A stretch of 64,000 bases of DNA from Gloeobacterales cyanobacterium (GTDB lineage: Bacteria > Cyanobacteriota > Cyanobacteriia > Gloeobacterales > PMM-0068). The translations under genes were made by a program, and so were the position numbers. Under the pieces are notes generated by a model, which was not told the DNA's origin, searched no databases, and was given only the letters and a program-made list of their open reading frames with translations. Location: contig JBBRSB010000009.1 in assembly GCA_038245785.1 (NCBI GenBank), forward strand, positions 32,001-96,000, read 5' to 3'. Positions 47,318-56,121 of this stretch are shown here, piece after piece (the stretch's first letter is position 1; each line of letters opens with the position of its first letter).

Positions 47318-47571
47318 AAAGGATCGTAGCTCCCTTGATAGGTTGTGAAAATGCGATATCCGGGGAGAACTAACGCCACACCAACGGGGCTATGGATAAT
47401 TCCCGAATAGCCTTCTTCGGCTTTACATCCCCCTAACCTAAGTTTTATCGGACCAAGCCAGAGGTAAAGGCCAGGAACCAAAGCATCCATACTGTACGTG
47501 ATCGCCTTCATCGCAGCATCAGAGGCAGTTTCGAGTGGTTTACTTTGGTTGGAAGAAGTACGGGAAGTCAT
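47314..47571 (-). CDS. Small hypothetical protein (upstream member of a coupled pair)
   Basis: 85 aa, ATG start, stop overlaps the next start. Confidence 0.6.
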   Translation of the reverse strand: MTSRTSSNQSKPLETASDAAMKAITYSMDALVPGLYLWLGPIKLRLGGCKAEEGYSGIIHSPVGVALVLPGYRIFTTYQGSYDPL

Positions 47572-47654
47572 GAGCTGAGTAGCTGTGCTTTATTTAATTA
47601 TCGTACACACAGTAAAACCCGCCAAGAATATTCAACTGCATTGTCACTTCATAC

Positions 47655-47801
47655 GGGCTACCGTGTACATTCATCTTGGAATCGCCCCCCTGCCCCCAAT
47701 TCTGGGGGGTTCTGACTCAAAGTCCCCCAGAATTGGGGGATTTAGGGGGCGGTTCAGATGAAGATTGGAGTTATTTACGACTTGTATGTACACTAAAGCC
47801 C
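47655..47801. mobile_element. MITE-like element containing copy 2 of the G/C-run repeat
   Basis: Imperfect terminal inverted repeats GGGCTACCGTGTACAT / ATGTACACTAAAGCCC flank a core (47682-47757) matching 36422-36499. Confidence 0.7.
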
Positions 47802-47857
47802 CTTGCCACTAGGCGCAGCCTTCCCGGATGGTGGGGTAGTGCAATCATTTCAAACTT

Positions 47858-48256
47858 TTAATGTGATTTACCATCGCTACCAAAGTATTCCCGATAACCA
47901 CAAATTTTGTCTCCACGCACATCAAAGGACAGAGCTATCCGATTTTTGTAGGTTTCGCTTCGCATCATTCCCTCATCTCGAAACTCAAATACAACCGTTG
48001 TTTCATTGCTCGTAACACGCTCTAAACTGGTCATTTTAATTGTTTGCCCAAACACTTCAGAAACATAATGAAAAAAAGCTTTCGCCCTTTCTTTCCCAAC
48101 ATTTAACCCGTGGTATGGCCCCATCGGAAACCAAAAAGTAAAGTCTTCTGTGAGCATATCTAACATAGGGTTCCATTCCCCAGTTGCCAAACCATGATGT
48201 AAGCTTTCAAATGCCTGATGAGCAACTTTTAAAGTGTTTTCTGAACTTTCTGTCAT
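47858..48256 (-). CDS. NTF2/SnoaL-like fold protein
   Basis: GEW..M...LTEDFTFWFP.G..G...GK..VVFEFRDEG..YKNR...FDVRGDKI..YREYFG. Confidence 0.88.
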   Translation of the reverse strand: MTESSENTLKVAHQAFESLHHGLATGEWNPMLDMLTEDFTFWFPMGPYHGLNVGKERAKAFFHYVSEVFGQTIKMTSLERVTSNETTVVFEFRDEGMMRSETYKNRIALSFDVRGDKICGYREYFGSDGKSH

Positions 48257-48274
48257 TGCTATCTCCTGAAATGA

Positions 48275-49288
48275 CTAGAATTTGACCACTACTTTGCCAC
48301 AATTTTGCCCACTCAGTAGGTATTCAACAGCGTTAGGAATGGATTCTATGCCCTTAAACTGAGTTGGGTCGATAGCCACTTTGAGTTTGCCAGAGTAGAA
48401 GAGTTCTAATAGGCGAGTACGTGCTTCAGCAGCGTATTCTTGATAAAGAGGCATAAGAAAGCCACGGACAGAAGCAGCTTTCCAAAACAGTTTGTGATAA
48501 ATGCGAGGTTGTACGATTTCCTCTGTACTTTTGCCATATTCAGAAATAAAGCCAACTACGATTAAACGTCCCCTAATTGCCAAATTTTCTACGCATGTAT
48601 CAAAAACTTGTTTCCCGACACAATCAAAAACTAAATTAATGCCCTTGGGATATTCGCTTTTGAGGACTTGATCGAGGTTTTCCCTACGGTAGTTAATAAT
48701 ACGATCACATCCCAACTTTTTAAGCAACGCTACTTTTTGTTCAGATCCACAGGTACCAATTACATGATTACCCGCTAACTTTGCTAATTGCACTGCGATA
48801 TGCCCCGTTCCTCCTGCTGCCGCCGTCACCAAAATTACTTCATTGCTTTTCATCTCTCCAACTTGTTCTAAAGCTACGAGCGCTGATATTCCTGTAGGCA
48901 TGAGGGTTAATACTTCTGAAGTTGCTTGACGAACTTTAACAGCAAGGTTGGCATCGATAGTCTGGTATTCCCGATAACCTCCCCCCCGCACGGTGGTGAC
49001 TACAGCATCACCAACTTGAAAAGCTTGGACCTCATCCCCCACCGCTATCACTTCGCCAACAGCTTCTACACCCAAATCAAAAGGAGGAGTTAAGTTAATG
49101 TAAGGAACTTTTCCCTGACAAAGCAAAGTATCAAAACCACTATTAATGCCAGCAAATTTATTCTGAATTAAAAGTTGACCAGTCGAAGGTTTAGGGATAG
49201 GAATTTCGACAATTTTAACGGCAGATTTAAAGTCTTGGTTAACTTGATTTGCTATTAATTTTCTGTAGGTTTTTGCGTTCGTTTCCAA
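48275..49288 (-). CDS. MDR-superfamily NADPH oxidoreductase (PTGR3/ZADH2-like ene reductase)
   Basis: AGIN..D, PFDLGVEAVG, TAAAGGTGH, GRLIVVGFISEY, GQNCGKVVV. Confidence 0.9.
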   Translation of the reverse strand: METNAKTYRKLIANQVNQDFKSAVKIVEIPIPKPSTGQLLIQNKFAGINSGFDTLLCQGKVPYINLTPPFDLGVEAVGEVIAVGDEVQAFQVGDAVVTTVRGGGYREYQTIDANLAVKVRQATSEVLTLMPTGISALVALEQVGEMKSNEVILVTAAAGGTGHIAVQLAKLAGNHVIGTCGSEQKVALLKKLGCDRIINYRRENLDQVLKSEYPKGINLVFDCVGKQVFDTCVENLAIRGRLIVVGFISEYGKSTEEIVQPRIYHKLFWKAASVRGFLMPLYQEYAAEARTRLLELFYSGKLKVAIDPTQFKGIESIPNAVEYLLSGQNCGKVVVKF

Positions 49289-49321
49289 ATCTTACACTCA
49301 CCTTACTGTTTAATTTTACCG

Positions 49322-50119
49322 TTAACCTAAAGCTTTATCCCACTCTAACTGATGTGCTAAACCATACTTGATAAAATCTTCTTCTTGAGCTTGATCGCTT
49401 TTACCAAAAACACCTAAGCTGTAAGGATTATCTTGCATACGTTGTGTAACCTGTTCTTTCTCAAATCGGCTCGCTTCCTCTCTAGGCATATCCGGTTTAA
49501 AAAAGTCCACGACCAAAACAGTTCTTTCATAATCGGTGTAATTGTGTGGACAGTGGGGATAGCTGTGATCTAAGACCATGAATTTCCCCTCATGCCAATA
49601 AAGCTTATCGTGGCATATTTGCATAGCTACATCCCCTTCTGGCACGATCAATCCTAAATAGCCACGATTCATGTAAGAGTTATAGTTTACATGAAGCTTG
49701 ATATCTAACCCTGGATGAAATGTACCAAAATAAACATTTCTGATGATCTTATCTTCAACCAAATTCACCTGTGCAATTGCTTCAGCTAAATTAGAGAAAT
49801 ATTTTTTTCTTAAAGTTAGTGCTTTCTCTGAAGCCTCATTTGTTCCATAATCTGGATAGTGTATTTGATGTACTTGAATATATTCTTCAATCAAAAGGCC
49901 TTGAAATAAAATACCAAAAGCGCTGTATTTTGAAGTGCCTTTAGTCTTAATTGTTTTGCTTTTAGGTCCTAAAACGTCATAGGCAAATTGCAGCTCCTTG
50001 TCAGATGCCTGCTTCATAAAGCCTGTAAACTCATCTCTAATCACTTGCCAGCTATCTTGAAAACTTTTGAGAAAGGGGAACTGATCTGGATTCAGATGAT
50101 ATTCATTAGATCTTTCCAT
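49322..50119 (-). CDS. Aspartyl/asparaginyl beta-hydroxylase-like Fe(II)/2OG dioxygenase
   Basis: WQVIRDEF, PG..IKLH, LGLIVP, WHEGK..VLDHSYPH..N..ERTVLVVD. Confidence 0.8.
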   Translation of the reverse strand: MERSNEYHLNPDQFPFLKSFQDSWQVIRDEFTGFMKQASDKELQFAYDVLGPKSKTIKTKGTSKYSAFGILFQGLLIEEYIQVHQIHYPDYGTNEASEKALTLRKKYFSNLAEAIAQVNLVEDKIIRNVYFGTFHPGLDIKLHVNYNSYMNRGYLGLIVPEGDVAMQICHDKLYWHEGKFMVLDHSYPHCPHNYTDYERTVLVVDFFKPDMPREEASRFEKEQVTQRMQDNPYSLGVFGKSDQAQEEDFIKYGLAHQLEWDKALG

Positions 50120-50256
50120 TGGCTTTTATCCTGAAGGTGGCTGCATAAAAAACTGTTACATAGAGAGGGGACTTGGTTAACGTTCCGGTACGATGTTGAG
50201 ATTGTTGACTTAACCAGAACTTTGGCTTCTGTACTCATTTTAGCGTGAGGTTTACT

Positions 50257-51725
50257 GTGTCTGAAGCTCCTGTATTAGATCAAATTATCAAAAATGTGCA
50301 GGTAGTTCGTCCCCATCAGAATGCAGTCGAAATCCTTGATTTAGGGATTAAAGATGGCAAATTTGCCCAGATTGCTCCGAATATAAGCTCAGATGCATGT
50401 AGAGAAATATTTGATGCCAAAAATTTGCTGGGCTTCCCTGGGGTAGTAGATGGGCATATGCACATCGGTATCTATCAACCCCTCGATCAAGATGCTGTGA
50501 CTGAAAGCAAAGCCGCTGCCATGGGAGGAGTAACTACCAGCCTAAATTACATCCGCACAGGCCAGTATTATCTCAATAAAGGTGGTTCTTACAAAGATTT
50601 TTTCCCTGAAGTTTTGGCCCTATCACAAGGGAATTTTTTTGTTGATTATGGCTACCATATTGCCCCCCTTAGTTCGACTCATATCGATGAGATGCAAATG
50701 CTATTTGAAGATTATGGGATTGGGTCCTTTAAAATCTTTATGTTCTACGGCGGCTATGGTTTGCATGGCCTTTCCGGTCGACAAAATCTCTTTTTGATGA
50801 TTAACAAAGAGGAAAGCTATGACTTTGCTCATTTTGAATTCATTATGCGCGGTCTGACCAAGCTTAAAGCATTGTATCCAGAAGCAAGCGATCGACTTAG
50901 TCTCAGCCTCCATTGTGAAGTTGCAGAAATCCTTAACGCCTACACCAAAATAGTCCAACAAGACTCCACCCTCACAGGTTTGAAAGCTTACAGTGCAGCG
51001 CGTCCACCCCACTCTGAAGGGCTAGCGATCTGCATTGCTTCTTACCTGGCACACGAAACTAATTGCCTCAATATAAATTTATTACACCTCAGTTCTCGCA
51101 AAGCTATAGAAGCGGCTTTGATGATGCAAACCACTTTTCCGCATATCAATTTCCGAAAAGAAGTAACCGTTGGACATCTTTTGCTAGATGTAGATACCCC
51201 CACAGGCAAATGGGCAAAAGTGAACCCCCCAATCCGTTCCCGTGTAGACGTAGAATACTTGTGGCAAGCCGTACTCAATCGCCAAGTTGATTGGATTGTC
51301 AGCGATCACGCCTGTTGTTCAGCCGAAAAGAAAGCTAGTCGGAAAGACCCCAATAATATATGGCTGGCTAAATCAGGTTTTGGGGGACAGAATACCTACT
51401 TTCTGGAGTGTTTAGTGAAGGCTGTAAGCGAGGGATGTCCTACAGTCACATGGCTGAGTTACTAAGCTGGAATCCGGCCCAAAGGTTTGGCTTAAATTCA
51501 AAAGGGGATATCGCAGTCGGTTACGATGCCGATTTAGTACTGTTAGACCCCGATGAAACCTTTGTTGTTCGCGCCGCTGAGTCGGAGTCGCAACAGGGTT
51601 ACACCCCGTTTGAGGGAATGGAGTTAATGGGACGTGTCAAAACAACCTTTTTGCGGGGAATGAAAATTTACGATCAAGGTCAGATAATGGGTGTGCCTAG
51701 GGGACGCTATTTAAACCGTAGATGA
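50257..51725 (+). pseudogene. Cyclic amidohydrolase (allantoinase/dihydroorotase-like) with a one-base frameshift in a G run at 51382-51386
   Basis: DGHMH, SFKIFM, SLHCE, LLHLSS, SDHA metal ligands intact; adding one G gives SGFGGTEYLLSGVFSEG...NPAQRFGL..GYDADLV..TPFEG. Confidence 0.85.
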
Positions 51726-51777
51726 AATTCATGACTACAATAATTATAAATTTCTCTTCTTAGTTAGGAGGAAAACC

Positions 51778-52710
51778 ATGAATAGTCCACTGCCACTTAT
51801 TATTGAGTGTCGCTGTAATGATTCAGATTACCGTAAGGATAATCCTAATTGCCCCTACGGTCCCCAGGAAATCGTTCGGGAAGCTGTTCGTGCTTGGGAA
51901 GGGGGAGCGTCGATCTTTCACTGGCATGGGCGCAATCCAGCCAGTGGTGAATGGATTAGTGACGTCGAAGTTTACCTTGAAGCTATTCAAGGAATTCGCG
52001 AAAAGACAGATCTGATTATTAATCCGACACTGAACTACGTTACTAAACAAAGCCAGGTCAGTGATCGGGTAAAGCACATCTTGGCGGCGAAAAACGCTCC
52101 AGAGTTAGGAGTTGATATGGTTCCTTTAGAGTTTGGCTCGCTGAATATAGACTACTGGAATCCAGAGACAAAGCAGTTTCAAACATACGATCAAGTACAT
52201 ATTAGTTCTCGCGCTTACATGCAAGAAGTCTTGAAAATACTCAAAGAGAACAACATTTTTGTGAGTACAGTCTGTTGGGATGTGGGACAAATTCGTACAG
52301 CACGTTGCTTTCAAGAAATGGGACTTCTGTCACAGAATACTTTTTGGGAGTTTGTCTTCACAGGAGAAATTATGCCCAGTGGCATTCTGCCAACCCTCCC
52401 CAATTTACAGGCGGTAGTAGATTCTATTCCTGCAGACGATCCTTGGTTGGTGATGTGCTGGAATGGAGACGTAATGCAGTTGGCAGCCTGGGCCATTACC
52501 ATGGGAGGCCACGTCGGCATTGGATTAGGAGACGATCCCTATATCCGCTTTGGCAAGCCCCATAATGGCGAGTTAGTGGAAAAGGTTGCACAGATGGCGC
52601 ATACACTCGGTCGCGGAGTGGCGACGCCAGCCCAAGCCCGCGAGATTCTAAAGATGCCGCCACGAGCTTCTCTTCAGGAAAAGTTATACACAACTGCTAA
52701 CCATGCATAG
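51778..52710 (+). CDS. DUF849 / 3-keto-5-aminohexanoate cleavage (BKACE) family protein, non-canonical site
   Basis: NPNCPYGPQEI..GASIFHWHGR, IINPT, GSLN, GGHVGIGLGDD..NGELV..VATPAQAREIL; AGGAGG RBS. Confidence 0.85.
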   Translation: MNSPLPLIIECRCNDSDYRKDNPNCPYGPQEIVREAVRAWEGGASIFHWHGRNPASGEWISDVEVYLEAIQGIREKTDLIINPTLNYVTKQSQVSDRVKHILAAKNAPELGVDMVPLEFGSLNIDYWNPETKQFQTYDQVHISSRAYMQEVLKILKENNIFVSTVCWDVGQIRTARCFQEMGLLSQNTFWEFVFTGEIMPSGILPTLPNLQAVVDSIPADDPWLVMCWNGDVMQLAAWAITMGGHVGIGLGDDPYIRFGKPHNGELVEKVAQMAHTLGRGVATPAQAREILKMPPRASLQEKLYTTANHA

Positions 52711-52724
52711 AGACCTAGAATGCT

Positions 52725-52743
52725 GGGTGGGCAATGCCCACCT
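52725..52743. repeat. REP-like palindrome
   Basis: GGGTGGGCA-A-TGCCCACCT, a motif common in intergenic spaces of filamentous cyanobacteria. Confidence 0.6.
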
Positions 52744-52776
52744 GAAGGGAAATGTAACTGTGATTGCTGAAGAAGA

Positions 52777-53598
52777 ATGAATCAAAAGATTAAACGAGCT
52801 TTTTTAGACACAGAAGATGGACAGATTCTTTATCGCATTGGCGGCGAGGGTGAACCTCTGCTTTTGCTGCACATGAACCCTCGCAGTAGCGATGAATATC
52901 GTGAGTTGATGCCCATCTTTGCTAAGAATAGACGGATTATAGCCATGGATTTGATGGGCTTTGGCGATTCTGACAAGCCAGCCAGAATGTATGCCATTGC
53001 TGACTACGCCAAAACGGTGATCGCACTTTTAGATGAATTAGGCATAAAAAAGACGAGCATTTTTGGAAATCATACGGGTGCTTTTGTAGCGGGGGAGGTA
53101 GCAGTTGCCTATCCCGATCGCGTTGATAAACTGATCTTGGGTAATGTAGCTGGTTTTGGTGAAGGAGGACAGGCAGAGCTATTCAGAAGATTCGGGGAAG
53201 GTTTTAAAATCAAAGAAGATGGCTCTCACCTGATGGAAAGATGGTTAGCCCGTTCTCGATACATAGGCTCTGCTGAATTAAATCACCGTTGGGTTTTAGA
53301 TGATTTAAAGTGTTTTGGTCATCCTTTATATGCAGTTTGGGCTGTAGGCCATTACTGTCTAGACGCACCGGAAAGATTTCGTTCCATCGAGTGTCCAACC
53401 CTGATTATCTGGGGAATTGATGACATGAAGGAATTCGAAAGACAGAGTTTAGCGAAAGTCAACGATCGCTATTTTCTTTCTCAATCAATTCCTCATGGCA
53501 AAGTAGTTGAATTTGAAAAAGGAACCATTTGCATGATGAATCAGATGCCTGAGGAAGTGTCGAAGGTAGTAATTGACTTTTTGAACGACTCAGAATAG
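52777..53598 (+). CDS. Alpha/beta-fold hydrolase with a GxHTG elbow
   Basis: PLLLLHMNP, AMDLMGFGDSDKP, FGNHTGA, PDRVDKLIL, CPTLIIWG. Confidence 0.88.
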   Translation: MNQKIKRAFLDTEDGQILYRIGGEGEPLLLLHMNPRSSDEYRELMPIFAKNRRIIAMDLMGFGDSDKPARMYAIADYAKTVIALLDELGIKKTSIFGNHTGAFVAGEVAVAYPDRVDKLILGNVAGFGEGGQAELFRRFGEGFKIKEDGSHLMERWLARSRYIGSAELNHRWVLDDLKCFGHPLYAVWAVGHYCLDAPERFRSIECPTLIIWGIDDMKEFERQSLAKVNDRYFLSQSIPHGKVVEFEKGTICMMNQMPEEVSKVVIDFLNDSE

Positions 53599-53606
53599 TT
53601 CAACTT

Positions 53607-54062
53607 CTAATTCTCCAAAACCGCTGTACATTTAATCTCAACAATTAGGCCCGGTGTCGATAATGCCGTTATACCCACTCCTGTCCACGTGGGGAAATTA
53701 TTCACGAAATAACGATCTTTTACTTCGATAAACAGGGGCAGATGCGGAATAGTGAATTGTTGTTCTGCAACATCAGATAGCTGGGCTTGCATATTGCCGA
53801 GATTTACCCCTGTCACATGATAAGTGACCATCTCTACCACATCGTCAAAAGTAGCTCCTGCCGCTAAAAGCACCTTTTTCACATTCTCAAACGTCTGGAC
53901 AAATTGGGCTTCTGTTCCCTCCACTACCTGTAAATTTTCATCGCGTCCCACCTGTCCTGAGATATATAGTGTGCTCCCTACCTTAATGCCAGGGCAGTAG
54001 TGAAACTTTTCGTATAAGACTTCCATCCCTTTGGGAATAATGACTTCGCGTGTATTGCCCAT
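53607..54062 (-). CDS. Rid/YjgF family protein lacking the catalytic Arg
   Basis: LYISGQVG, LLAAGATFDDVV, FPTWTGVG..L..PGLIVEIK. Confidence 0.88.
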   Translation of the reverse strand: MGNTREVIIPKGMEVLYEKFHYCPGIKVGSTLYISGQVGRDENLQVVEGTEAQFVQTFENVKKVLLAAGATFDDVVEMVTYHVTGVNLGNMQAQLSDVAEQQFTIPHLPLFIEVKDRYFVNNFPTWTGVGITALSTPGLIVEIKCTAVLEN

Positions 54063-54147
54063 CGCTTATCTTCTCTGATTGATGATTGTAATCAGTGCTT
54101 GCACTTCAAAACCTTGCTTATTTAACCAGATTATCAATATACTTACT

Positions 54148-54594
54148 TTATCGCTTTCGCTCTTCTTGAATAAGGGTGCGTTGATAGATCCTATTCCCCT
54201 TAAACCAATGCCAGGTGCGAGCGCGATAATTATTGCAGGGACTAATTTGAATCATTTCGTACAGGTAGCTTCCTGGCATCCCTTTATAGGAAAAATGCAA
54301 AATAACCGTGGAATCATCGACTTCCCAGGCTTTGCCATCAATGCGTTCTGTATCAAACCATAAAGCTTTATCCTGATAAGTTCCAGGAAACTTGTGCTCT
54401 TCTTTCTTGCCATCAGACCAAGTGTAGCGATTGGTTTGATAATAGGAAATAGAACTCTTTTTAGGAAACTCACAGGTCAAGTGAGATTCATGCTTATCAA
54501 GAATATTTCCTGCTAGATCGACGAGTATATATGTACCTATCCAATCTCCTTCATGGCGGGCAAGGACAGGCATTTCTTCTCGGATGGAAGTCAC
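54148..54594 (-). CDS. DUF3598-N-like single beta-barrel protein
   Basis: HEGDWIGTY..D..G..LD.H.S.L..YYQTNRY.W.DG..; beta-rich, resembles the N-terminal barrel of DUF3598; AGGAG RBS. Confidence 0.6.
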   Translation of the reverse strand: MTSIREEMPVLARHEGDWIGTYILVDLAGNILDKHESHLTCEFPKKSSISYYQTNRYTWSDGKKEEHKFPGTYQDKALWFDTERIDGKAWEVDDSTVILHFSYKGMPGSYLYEMIQISPCNNYRARTWHWFKGNRIYQRTLIQEERKR

Positions 54595-54662
54595 GATCGC
54601 ACTCCTTCTATTTACAGTATTTCGTCAATAACTATCTCAGCATCATGAGACCTGTCAATAAT

Positions 54663-56096
54663 TTATCGCTCATTAAACCACCAAGGATCGGCAACGGAAT
54701 TTGTTTTCACCAAGAAAGCTTTTTTTCGAAGAAATCGCATCAAAGCCGCTGAGCCCATGCGTGAACTCCCTAAACCAGAGTATTTGAAAGAATTTTTTTC
54801 TCCCTCATAGATGAGGGCAGTAAGTCCTGCATCATTAATAGAGATAGCACCTGCATTGAGCTGTCTGGCAACTGCTAGCGCTTCTTGTTCTTCTCCGGCA
54901 AAGACTGCTGCACTCAGTCCATATGTGGTGTCATTGGCTAAGTTAATAGCTTCTTCTACTGTTGAAAAAGGCATTATGGGCATAATCGGGCCAAAGGTCT
55001 CCTCCGTCATCACTTTCATGGAGTGATCTACTTGAGTAAGTACCGTTGGACGACACCACCATCCTCCATCCCTCTCTTCTACTTTGCCGCCGCAGCGTAC
55101 AACCGCCCCTTTTTCTCTAGCATCTAATAGATGTTCGCTAATAATGGCTGCTTGTCTCTCGGCGATAATTGGGCCGATTTCACCACTTTCAAGGGTCGGG
55201 TAGGCTAATTGTAAGCGTTCGGCTTTAGTAACCAGCTTATCTACGAACTTTTCAAAAATAGATTCTGCAACGTAAATGCGTTCAATCGAAAGACACGACT
55301 GCCCTGTGTTAACTACAGAGCCCCACAAAATTGCTGATGTTGCTAATTCCAAATTAGCTGAAGACAGAACAATTGCGGGGTCTTTCCCTCCTAATTCCAG
55401 AAAAGCAGGAATAAAGCGCTTTGCTGCTGCGGCTGCAACTTTTTGCCCTGTTGCCACACTACCTGTAAAGCAGACTAAATCCACATATTCGATTAAAGCA
55501 GCACCCGTATCTCCTCCTCCCTCAATAAAGGTTAATACGTCTCTTAGAGCGGGAACACCATCGATTGCTGTCATCAGCGGTGCAACGAAACGAGAAGCAA
55601 TCTCACTAGGCTTAACAATAACGGCACAACCTGCCAGCAATGCTGGAACGGTATCAAGAGTAGATAGTAATAGCGGAAAATTCCATGGGCTAATCACCCC
55701 AACCAGGGGATAAGGAACGGAGGTTTGCTGTAGGTGAATAAAGGGAATAGCTGTATCTTTTTCAGATTCTTGCAACAGCTCTGGAGCTAACGCACACCAG
55801 CGATCGATACTAGAGAGAAACGAATCAATTTCCAGGATCGAAATGGGCAATCTTCCCGTATCCTTTACTAACGCTTCAGTCAGGAGAGCACGCTGAGATA
55901 ATACGGTTTGCTTCCACTGCTGTAACGCTACGATCCGACCTTCAACACCAATTTGCTGCCAGTGCATTTGTGCTTTACGCAAGCGGCCACATTGTTGTTC
56001 CAAGAGATTCAAAGACGGTGGAACAATGACGTAATCAAACTTTCCCGTTCGGGGGTTGCGGACTTCGATTGGTTCAGTGATTAGTTTCAGAGGCAT
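54663..56096 (-). CDS. Aldehyde dehydrogenase
   Basis: ISPWNFP, KPSE, FTGS, LELGGKD, GQSC, EETFGP, YGLSA. Confidence 0.95.
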   Translation of the reverse strand: MPLKLITEPIEVRNPRTGKFDYVIVPPSLNLLEQQCGRLRKAQMHWQQIGVEGRIVALQQWKQTVLSQRALLTEALVKDTGRLPISILEIDSFLSSIDRWCALAPELLQESEKDTAIPFIHLQQTSVPYPLVGVISPWNFPLLLSTLDTVPALLAGCAVIVKPSEIASRFVAPLMTAIDGVPALRDVLTFIEGGGDTGAALIEYVDLVCFTGSVATGQKVAAAAAKRFIPAFLELGGKDPAIVLSSANLELATSAILWGSVVNTGQSCLSIERIYVAESIFEKFVDKLVTKAERLQLAYPTLESGEIGPIIAERQAAIISEHLLDAREKGAVVRCGGKVEERDGGWWCRPTVLTQVDHSMKVMTEETFGPIMPIMPFSTVEEAINLANDTTYGLSAAVFAGEEQEALAVARQLNAGAISINDAGLTALIYEGEKNSFKYSGLGSSRMGSAALMRFLRKKAFLVKTNSVADPWWFNER

Positions 56097-56121
56097 TAAG
56101 TCCCCATTTTTCAGTTGTTGG

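Noticed and set aside
47676..47861. 61-aa ORF MESPPCPQFWG...
   Set aside because: Translation of the MITE/repeat sequence, not a credible gene
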